Below the pieces are notes generated by a model. That model searched no databases. It was given only the letters and a program-made list of their open reading frames with translations, and was not told the DNA's origin. This document shows, piece by piece, positions 47,701 through 59,700 of a stretch of 64,000 nt of DNA (position 1 is its first letter; the number at the start of each line of letters is the position of its first letter). The translations under genes and the position numbers were made by a program. This DNA is from Phoronis australis (lineage: Eukaryota; Animalia; Phoronida), in the NCBI GenBank assembly GCA_002633005.1, contig NMRA01000440.1, positions 95,786 through 159,785 of the forward strand, written 5' to 3'.

Positions 47701-50700
47701 AATGCAATTCTCACTACATTCTCAAGAAGTTGGGACAAAACAGGCTGTAACAACTTTTTAAATTTGCTCCAAGGTTTTTAGGTTTACCAAGCATTATTTT
47801 GTTTTAGAGACCTGGATGAGAAAGTCGTTAATATCAGCAGGCCAAAACCAGGTTTAATATTCGTTTAAGATGTAAGTACGGTCAAACATAGTGAGAACTG
47901 CCTCCATGTAACAGGGCTTGGAATGACCAATGACAAAAACTCGGAAAGTTTTACGGCCCAAAACATGCGCGCTACCCAGTCTTGATAGCCGATGTGAACC
48001 TTTCGCCGACAAACTGAATTGGGAGGACTAAAAAAAAAGTTACCACCATCAGTAGCATGCGTCTGCGTCTTTTTAGCTCGACTGTTCACTCCCACCCCCA
48101 CACATTTTTGGCTGCAGAGCCGTAGTATTTGTCACAGCGATTTACAATCACACGAGACGCCATTGAAAATCCCACCACGCTATCCCAGATTCCCCGGCAA
48201 TGTTGAAAATTTACGTTCCTCCAAAACATAAAGAACAACTTCCGCTTTTCGAGGTGAACGTCGTTGGCAACACCGCGGTAACAAAGGAATTTGCCGCGGA
48301 AATTTTATATCAAATCCGATTTTTTTTACGCGGAAATATAATAAAATACGCGGACAGAACATTTGAAAAAAGCGGAAATCAGCATTTCCGCAGAAAATTC
48401 CAAGCCCTGATGTAACCCTTAATAACAACAGCAATGTCACACACTAAAATATCAATTCAAAGTAAATTTTACACAGCACAAAAATGATAAGATTGCCATC
48501 AGTACATAGTAGAATGACAGTTAGATATGATGGCCCCGCATTTAGAGAACCATTTGAAGCCAGATATTGAGTGGAGAAAAATGGCAGGTAATATCCAACT
48601 ATTACCTTGTAGAGCACACTAGTTACTTCACAGGTGGTCCATATAAACTACTCACTGCAGGTAACTCTCCATCATCCTCCTCGGGCTCACTAGGCTCATC
48701 AAGTCGGCACCATAGCAACAGCTTGCTCCACAGGAAAGTGGCGGCCTCTTGTGGTGACATGCAGAGGATCTCCTCTTGCTTATAGTCTCTGTAGTGGTAG
48801 CTCAGAATGGCCACAACCTGTGCATATCACAGCTCATCATAAACCATGAAAGTAGAGAGCTAACACAGGGACACTAATTTCACCAGGAAAATATAATAAT
48901 TTAACATGCAGTTAAACCTTTTAGACAATGTTCTGATCTGTGGACATTTAACATCTTTGTTTTTAACTAAAATACACCAAACTTGTTTTCTAACACAACT
49001 TCATCAGACAAGAAGTATCTATTTCGACTCATTAGGACATATTAAATACACCAAAAACTTGTTTCCAAATAATATAGTAAACAAATCAAATGATAGAACT
49101 CTGTCAACTTACGTATGAGAAAAGCATGCCAAACGCCGACATCATGAAGGTGACCAGGAACAGGGTGGTCAACACACTACGCTGCTCCTCAGTGTCGCGC
49201 ATGTCATAGCCGTGAACCATCATGGCCGATACAGTAGTCATAGCAGACCATAAGTCACGGAAGTTACTACTAGCGGAGGTGAAGAGGCCAACACCGAGGC
49301 TGGAGTAGGCAAATAGCCAGACAATAAAGCACAGCTGAAAAGTGAAACATGGCGCTGTTAGAGAAAACTGAAAACAGAACAAAAGGGCCGCAGTAGATGA
49401 AGAGTTACATGTCTTCAAATCGCATCTGTTCCAAAGAGAAACAAGATGATGAGGCACTTGATGCATTTCTTTGGCTTGTTGACCATCAATCCTCACGCCA
49501 CGCAGGCGAGGTAATATTAAAGCTTAGCTGTATACAATCGACAGCCAATGACAAATAATTATAGCATCACCTGACAACAACCAATCTGTCGCCAAGATAA
49601 CCACTTACCAGAAATAAGAGAAGGTCTTTGGACGCCCTGCGGATGACATTTCCAAACCTGGCGAACATCTTGTGGTAACGCAGTATCTGTAAGACCTTGA
49701 ACAAGGTCATGAATAACATGAGACCAACCAGCACTTTGATGAGGTCATCCCAGAAGGCTACGTAGGACAGGTCCACATACTTCTCATGGTACGTAGCACG
49801 GATACGCTCCACAGTCTCCTCAATCAGGGCAAAGCGATAGATGAAACATATTGTATAGACTATACTGACCGTTAGGAAGGCAACCTGAAATAATAACACA
49901 ATTAATGTTAAACCATGTTACAAAAGAATTCAGATGAACTTTCTCGTCCAATTGATACTGATTTTAGCTTCAATCTCAGGTCATTCATTTTTCATATGAT
50001 AAATGATAATGGTCAACAAACAGTAAAATTTGCAGAAGTCAAAGCAAACTGTTGGACAAGATTTTACACCTGAGCTAGATGAAAGTGGACTTATATGAAG
50101 GTCAACAACTCGACATAAAGAATGACATCTGACTCATTACTGTCCAACTCAATATGAAGGTCCACATGCACGGCCTAAAACAGTCGCACTGTACAACTGG
50201 AGTTAAACAATGACATCTGAATCGTGTGTGTCCAACTTAATTGAGTTCTACCTTAACAGGTAATAGAGTACAACACAGACCTCGAGCACATTCCAGGGGT
50301 TGAAGAAGAATCTCTTCCTCAGACATAGAAGCCTTCCACACACATTCTTCAGGCGGATGATGATGACCAGGATGTAGAGTAATTCACAGCTCAGCATTAA
50401 GTGGTCCGCGTAGTTGATATAACGGTACAGGTAGACGGACTTAACACGGTGGTAGGCAGATCCCTTGCCAATAGCTGGCCTTTCGTAGACCAGAGAGATG
50501 GAGGTAGATAAGTTAGTGGGCACGTTGAATAAAGTAAACTCTACCATGACAGCACGCGTCTTCAGGTCAATCCAACTGTTCATTTGGAGAGACTTGAGCA
50601 GATGGAAGGCAGCAGCTCTGCAACAAACGACATGAAGGTTAAAGGTCAAGGGTCTACTTCTGTCTTTAGCAAACCAAATAAGCGACAAATATTCTAAGCA

Positions 50701-53700
50701 AATCATGGACACCGACTGCGACAATAGAAACACAAAGGACATAAAAATTTTGATTAATCACAGTTCAAAACAGTACTGTTCTAACTTGCATGTTTACCCA
50801 AGATGTTACCAGATAGTTACAGGATCAATGACAACCAGTGACCACTGAACTGACCGTTTACTATTACCACTAAGACTGACAGTTGTAGGTATTAACGCAA
50901 TAAGTCACCTTGTTAAAGGAAGCTCCACGACATAACCCTGGCCTTCATACCAGCCATGTGTCCCTATGATGTCATTATTCACATGACTCGTGTCGTAGGT
51001 CCAGTTGTGAAACTGGTCAGTGCTCCTGCTGTATGCACTGTAGTCATAGCGACAGGTGTCTGGCAGGTTGGGGTGATCGTCAAGGTGACATGACTCCTGC
51101 TTGACCCGCACCTGGCGGATGTTGGCACAGCCAACCACCACACTGGCACCATTCAACACTGGCATCTGGGGGTAGAAACCACAAGTGACATAACATATAC
51201 AGATCCAATAATTAGGGAATGAGTAATGGTCTTCCCATTTTACACATAAGCAGGCAGCGCAATTATCAAGCTCAGTTACCTTCATCTTATAAGATTTTGT
51301 CTAGACTGTTGGCATCATGAGGTAAGATTTATGACTGTAAATGCAATGTGCTCCCAACAGAGTGCAGACTACATGTTTGACTATCCTACATATACTTCTA
51401 TTAATCAATAGTGTTTCAATATGTGCATGGAAGTTCAATCTTTACACATTAATTTGGCCAAAGGCCGTCATAACAAGCACAGAGAGAACCATAACATTTC
51501 TGGACAGCAACAAAAGAACGAGAGGACTCAAGCAATAGGTTAAACATATTGTAATGTGGACAATCACAATGCCAAGCAACATGATGTGTCAATCTTAATT
51601 CTTACATCTGTCAAAATGTTAAGTCAATCACCAACAAAAGACTAAATCTGTTCTTGTCATTGTAACAACTGCATAGCCCACATAACTATCTGACTATACA
51701 CAAGAACAATACAAAACCCAATTGTTAAGCACTCAAACAAAACTCAACCCACCAGATAGTCTTTGTGGTGACCCCTGGTGTACAATAAATCCAACATGGT
51801 CGTCTGACTCCATGTGTACCAGTCATCCATGGTTTCAAGTTGTGCAAATGACGGTGCACCCTGGTGGACAAAGGTGCGAGTGACAGACTCATTGAGATAG
51901 TAGGCCGACTGCGAATCTTTTCCAAATGCAATGACAACGAGAAGGAAGAGCAAAACAATGAATCCAAAGATGTCCCTGCAAATGAACAAGAGACTTGGTA
52001 AACAGAAAATACACTAAGTACGAGTTACATATGTACAGTACATATGTACAGTACATATGTACACTACATACGTACAGTACATATGTACAGTACATATGTA
52101 CAGTACAGACATAATTGGGACAAAATGTCACTGTGACGCACAAAATAATTAAGAAAACGGCACTGTGGCGCATAACAGAAAAGAAGTGCACTGGCTTTAG
52201 AGAAGCCATGTAATAACACTCAACAGTTGTAGAGACATCTACAGGATTGACTCATAACCCACTACAGCCACATGCACTATTCACGCCCGTTACACAACTC
52301 CATCCACCTTTCTGCTGACACTCACCACAACATGGAGTAAACTTTCTTTTCCTTCATTGTGGCCTTGCGTGCCTTGATCAACTGTTTCTCCTGGGGAGGT
52401 CGGGCAAACCTGAGGTAGCGCGACCTCTGGCGGGCTGCCACACCCTTCTCCAGTTCGCTGCAGTTCTCAAAGAAGAGCGAACGACTCGCCTGTTGTTTCT
52501 CTATTGCCTCCAACTCATCCTCACTGTCGTATGTCGGGTGCTTGGTGTTGAGGATAGCCGGGTTGTTACGGTAACGCAACGCTGTATAAACGGTTATCAG
52601 CAGAATCTGCAAGAAAAAAACCATGCCGAGTATGGCTACACTAATCCCATAATTGGTACACTTATATCATTGTCTGACAATCATCTTCTGACACTATGAG
52701 ATGTGTTCAATAAACTCATCTTGAAATAAGCAGTGATGAAAACATGGAAATTCAAACTTGGGCCTTTATGTAAAATCCTAGCTTTTAACGAGCAGCTTTT
52801 AAGTTGCAGTTTTCATTCTTTTCTGACATTATTTTTGGTCAAGATGACAAGACGTAAAGAGGCTAATTCATTAGGCATCATATCAAATAAAAACAGAAAA
52901 ATCAGGAACCCCAACTGTGAATGGAACCACAGGTCTCTGGATAGCCAGTCTAGTGCTCCTACCACTTAGCTACTGCCAGGACCCGATACTTATGCAATTA
53001 CTGTTTGCAGCCAACTGTTATGTCATACATCCCATGCGCAGATCCTCAGTAGCTCAGCGGTAGGAACACTAAACCGGCAATCTAAAGACCAGTGGTCCCA
53101 TTCTCAGTTGGGGTTCCTGGTTTCACTACTGGACGACCTCAGCAGCTATATATTAATTAGACATCAGTTTTTTACAACTATAGCATCCAGTTCATTGTTG
53201 TGAAAAAACCTTTTGAATTTTTTTTTTGACAATTTGTGAGCAGTCAAGCCAAGTCAGAACTAATGTGAGAGTGATGTACAACTTACCATGAGTGGATGGC
53301 TTATGAAGACGCAGACAAGCAAACTGAAGTAGAGACTCTGCAACCACATGACTGCCTTGATTCGGCTGAACCAGAACCCATACATGATAGTGACCGCCCC
53401 ACAGGTGACACTGATTACCAGGCATAGGGTCCAGGCCACATAGCGAAACCAGAAGGGCAGGTACCAGACCTGTGGCTGACCTGTCACACGACTACCTGAG
53501 CTGGACGACACAAGGCTGCTTTTACCTAAAAGAAATGATATATTTCTACAAACTTGGACTTCCATAACTAGATAAATTTCGAAATGAAATTTTAGAGGGC
53601 GGAAAATCAAAGGTGCATTACATAAAAGTCATATAATTTGTCAACGCCACAGGAAGGAGAGCTATAAGCACTTCTACCAACAAACGCCAAACCATGCGTT

Positions 53701-56700
53701 TCATTTTGTATAACTGAGTTTTAGCAAGACATTATTTTCATTTTCCATAAATAAACCCCTAAACACCCAATGCATGTTCACGATGTGGGACATGTTAGAT
53801 TTTGTTCAAAACCCTAATACATACCACGAATTAATTTCCAATACCATTAATACACTTGTACTTTACTTCATTTACCAGTCTTCAAAGGTAGAAAAGCCTC
53901 TCCTTTTTGATGTTTTAACAGATACCTCGGACACAAATATGGATAAATGGAGAGGTCTGCACGCATGCTTTTAATTAGTATTCTAGAAATCATCAAATTT
54001 GTACTGTTATTGTTATTTTTATATGTATTTATGTTTGTACCTATTTATATAGAACCTAATTTCTTCAGACATCATTTCAACACGGCGTGTGTGTGTGTGT
54101 GTGCGCGTGTGTGTGTGCGTGTGTGTGCGCGTGTGAAAGTCCTTCCCCCACTCCCCTTTCCAGATGCATTTTATTGCCTTATATATATATTACTTAATAT
54201 TATATATATATTACTTAATATTATATATATATTACTTAATATTATATATATATTACTTAATATTATATACTTTTGTTAAAGCCAGAACTGAGGCACCCAA
54301 CCTCAGACAGGCTACGAGCTGTTGTCTGGCCAATAAATGTATAAAAAAATTTCCATAAGATATTTTTCACCACAAAAAGTAGCCTAACAATAAAATAAGA
54401 ACTTCGCATAAACACTACTGGGCTAAACAAAAGATACCTTGAGACACTGAAGACTTGTCACTTTTCGTCTCTGAGCTGTGATTGGAGAATGAGATCATGT
54501 GACTGTGATCTTGACTCATGTAATCCTCAAATCCACTGGAAGCCTGATCCAGCTCATGGCGGCTTTCTGGTTTGACGCTTTCTGAGCTCGACATGGACTT
54601 CTGGAATACAAGATTACTCGTTAGTAACACATTGGATAAAAGATTATTAATAAAAATTAGATAAAAGATTATTAATAAAAATGTTTGAATCAGTGGCACG
54701 TAATCATGCCAGTTCTAGGTTCAACTTTTGAGTCCATCAATAACCAGCCACATTACATTGCCAGGACATGTAAAGGAAAATCATCAGAGGAAGATTCTTA
54801 GCTTGGTGTTGCTCTAATGATAAATGTAAGACTTGTAAACCTTAAGATTTGCTGTTTGTTTTTCACTAGCACCTTCACTGGTCTCATGTGATCATTGTTG
54901 CACAAAACTATTTCTTCATAGTAATCCAGTATTAGATTTTCATGAAATGCTTACAAACGTTGTGTTCCAATTTCTTTAATTACCATCAGGGGTGTCTGAC
55001 CAGCCATACGTACCTGATATCTTTTCTCCCACTGTTTCTGTGCCCACTCCTGTAAACTTTGCCAGTGTATAATAGACTGGTCAATCAGCGACTGTGTCAT
55101 AATTGGCTGGACGCCAACAGAGTAGGTGTCACTACTGGTCTCCTCACTGCTGTGTTTACCGCTCTTATATTTCTCTTCTACACCACCACCCTGAAGGGGG
55201 CGCTTCACCTAGCAAGCCAGATCAGTTATAAATGAAGTACAACGTGGATAGCAAGAGTCAAGAGCAACAGATAATTTACTGACCAAACAAATTCCATCTA
55301 GTGCCAAATCCACGTATGAACCATAAATTTATCTAAAAACAATAACTATGACCGGTTGTCATTGGTATGACCACAATCCTCAATATTCTTATCATAATTA
55401 ATATGAAGACTAATAACAGAAAGCAAATGCGACACTTGATAGAACAGTTACAATGCTTTTATTCAGTCCATTATAGAAACATTGCAACAGCATACTACAC
55501 ATAATAAAAGAAAGACCACACAATGGTGTAAAAGTCTAACACTTGTCAAGAGCAATGAATATATGACTACAACTTACTGCCCCGTAAACTTGTATACTCG
55601 AATTCAACTGTACAACTTACTGGCCAGGCAGTCTTGGATACTCAAATTCAACTTTAGAACCCAGACCACAAAAACAATGTGTTAAAACTGGTAAGTTTGT
55701 TTGCAGTGTACAAGAGTTCTGGGCGACCAACTTGTTTTATCAAATGCTGAATGACTACTGAAGTGCCCTTGAGAGTCTCTGACAGCACAACAAGTTCCAC
55801 TGCTGCCGATGACTTACATTGCTCCGTCGGAATATGAGCGCCAACAGAAGTCCAAGAGGAATGATACTGAGACTGCAGCCTACACCCACAAGTACAGCGT
55901 ACCAGGACAGGTCCAGCAATCCAAACTCACCGCGGTACTGTCATTAAAAGAAATATCACCTTATGCTATAGTACATCAGCAAACAACATTTGAAGACATG
56001 CATATGCAATAGCCATTTATCAGGGCTTGGAATGACCAATGACAAAAAATGCGGAAACTTTGATGAAACTTTTACGGCACAAATCATGCCCGATAACCAG
56101 CCTTGAAATGGTCAATGTGAACCTTTCCCCGACAAAAATCGGGAGGACTAAAAAAAAAACGTTACCACCATCAGTAGCTCGCCCGTCCACTCCCAACCCA
56201 CACATTTTTGGCTGCAGGGCGGTAGTATTTGTCGCCGCGCTTAACAATAACACGAGACGCCATTGAAAATCCCACCACGCTGTCCCAGATGCCCCGGCAA
56301 TGTTGACAATTTACGTTTCTCCGAAACATAAAGAGCAACTTCCGCTTTTCGAGGTGAACGTCGTCTGCAACGCCGCGGTAAGAAAGGAATTTGCCGCGGA
56401 AATTTTATATCAAATCCGATTTTTTTACGCAGAAATATGATAAAAAAAGCAGAAAGCACATTTGAAAAAAGCGGAAAAATTCCAAGCCCTGATTTACAAA
56501 AAGAAAATGCGACAATATACCAAGTCATGGTGTGATTCGGGAGACAAAAGTGCAAAATGTGGTGATAAAAATCCAATTTTAAATGAGCACCTTATTGGTG
56601 ATTCCCAAGTATTCAGTTATGTTCAGAACATTAAGGGTATGCTACTTTCATGAACTCAACATAACACGGAGTACTGAAGTGACAAGACAGAGGGTGCCTT

Positions 56701-59700
56701 ACCTCCATTTGTTCTGTCATTTGATACCAGATGGCGTTGATGCACATATACATCAAAGCCAGTGTAAAGCAAACTGTCAGACGCTCAGCCCTGGTGAATG
56801 TACCATACTCTGGCTTGGTCAACAGTGATGTCCATAAATGGTAGTCAGCAAGGTACTGCGTCCCTTTTGACCAGAACACCTGTGGAGGGAGTCATGGACC
56901 ATTGTACAAAACTCCAATTTGACAGGACTCAATAGCAATGATTCCAACATTTCAAAGTCATCAAGAATTAGAAAGTAGCTTTCAGATAGGTCATGCTTTG
57001 CTGGATGTAGACAAAGGAAATACACGTGATCCCTACTCAGAACTGACTTGTACATTATCATCTTGTGACCTCCATGACAACATTCATATACAGTAGATCA
57101 TATGGCACCCTCGTAAACAGTGCCCCCTACCTGTGAGAAGCCAAGTTGTGACTCATCCAGCGCCATGATCTCTCTCTCCACCTTGCCATCATCCTCCTCA
57201 ACAGCGAACCATTTTTCACACATAAAGTAGAAGTTGTGCCCTGTGTTACAATCCCGCACGACCGCCCGGCTCAAGTACCAGCTTGGAGAGGAACCACCAT
57301 TGTTGTGCCAGATCTGTATCTTCCACACACGGCCGAGACTCTCAGGCAGACTGTAACGGAACAAGCACTAGTCAAGACATCTAGCAGATCAGTAGGAGGT
57401 CTAGTGTTTCATGTTAAGATCATGGATTAAGTATACACTATATAGTGCAGTTAGTAACTGGTGCGTGAACAAGGACAACAATGATCAACACTAACATTAT
57501 GAGGAAACCAAAATAACAATAACGGTTAGCTTGGAACTAATAAGAATGTTAAGATACTAACGTCATGATGAAGACGTCGCGAGAGTTACGTGAGAACACC
57601 TTACGTCCACAAATCTCACTCACGAGTTCCCGCGTTTCACTCATAGCCTCGTCACCATGGAGAACAATGCTGACCTATAACACAGCACAAGAACCATAAA
57701 TCATGGGAGACTGATGAACACGGCAAGACAACACAAAGTGATAGATTGATCACAGCTAGGTATCTCTACCCAAAGAGTTTCATTGATCACAACTTAATAT
57801 CTTTATTGGACACAACAGAGTAATGTGTACGATGATTTTTCAGGGACTTCATCTATGGCGCTGCTGTCATTTTTTAAATGCTTAGTCGGGTAATTGTTAG
57901 CTCCTTAACATCTAGGAACATCACAGGAAACTTGATCATGTGTCAACAATTTAACGGAAAACAACACAGGACACCTGTGTGTCCCAGAATTGAAAGCTTT
58001 TTGGTGTGAGGACAGCAAAGGAATCACAATTAGAAATTTAAAATAAATGATTAAAAGCCAGCTATAACAATATGCATCCAATAAATATGTATTTATAGAT
58101 TAGCAAAGCTTCCATACGAAAGATTCTTGTGGCAAGCAATATCCTATCACACAATATCACCACTCAAACAGGAATTCTGAATCAGATTCCATGTCCACAA
58201 ATTTTCAGCATCATCATCAGATGATTGAGAGCAGACAACAGCTCCACAATGCATTTGAAGAATGGTAGCAGCGCCATAGATTAAATCCTGAATTATGCAG
58301 ATTCTTTACCAATAAACTACCCCAACAGTTTGTAGGCTGTATGCCAACTCATTCACTTACCTTGGCTGTAGTGCCAGCACCCTTTCTGAAGCCCGTCTCC
58401 AAGGTGATCTCATACTTGTAGAGGTCAGAGGGTTCATTATCATGGAGATAAATCACCGTCTCTGTCTTCTTGTGCCTTTTATCCACCCAGCAGCACAAGA
58501 CCAGCAGCAGGAAGTAGACCAGTGTTACCGTGGCGACCAGTGCAATACATACAGGATTCTCCTCCAAGCTAAAAATGAGAAGTTCAAAAGATACAATTCC
58601 ATTCTCACCAACTACTGCGTTGTAAACAAGCACTTGTCTTGGATAGCCAAAAGTCGCTGGCTTTGGGAGCCAAATCACATTGCCTTTTCAGGCTTTTGTG
58701 CAAAGCAATTAGTGGCTTTAAGTACCAGATTATATAGCAATGATAGCTAACTAGAAAACTGAAGCATATAAACAATTACAAATTACATAAAGAAATGCAA
58801 CAAATGATAAGCACACCTAAAGAACATCTTCACGTCATAGTCTTTCATATGCTCGCGGCTGACAGCAACTCTAGCAATATGGCCACCAAATGCGGTCAAA
58901 TGGTTGCAGGCACACTGGATCACGTCATATGTGCTAGAGTTAAGTACGTGACAGCCGTCACCCAGCCACCTCCTATCAGCCTCACTCCAGTAGACGCACT
59001 CCGTCCACCACAACGTCAGGTTGTAGTCACGTGACATGATCTCTCCAGCACGTGGTCTTCCGGCATTGAACTGATCATCGACGATGCCAAGGTGATACTG
59101 GCCACTGACTGAGAAACATAGATAAATTACAATTAAATTATTAACACGAGATGGCAGTTTGTAAATACACTAAAAATGTAGCACTTTATTGAACTTGTCT
59201 TCTTTTGTTCAAAGTTGAACTCTAGTTAAGTTCTAGAATATTTAGCAAATGAAGACAAAACACCCCACGTTAAAGATTCTATGTCTCGTTGAAACCGTGA
59301 ATACTTAAATTTGTAGCAAGCGCCACCTAGTGACTTCCTGGAGAACTGTGTGTACAAGAATAATTGGGAAAAGAAACAATTTGTAAATGGACTGCAGTCT
59401 TAAAAAAACACAACTGACACCCTCAAAAACACGTGAGAACACGTAAAAAGACCCAAGTAATTACAAATATTACACAATCATTATTTGATAGCGAAATAAA
59501 CAAATAGAATAAACGGTGCCTTATTTCACTAGGCTAACGATGAAACATTACCATACTCATTTACGTAAAATTGGTCTCGCAAAACGAGACTTTTGCGAGA
59601 TTGTAATGGTAACTGGTTCTCAGATTGTTACTGGCACACCGGTGGACTTGGGTTTGTTCGTAAATTAGTAATACATTTGCATATTCACAAATTAATGAGA

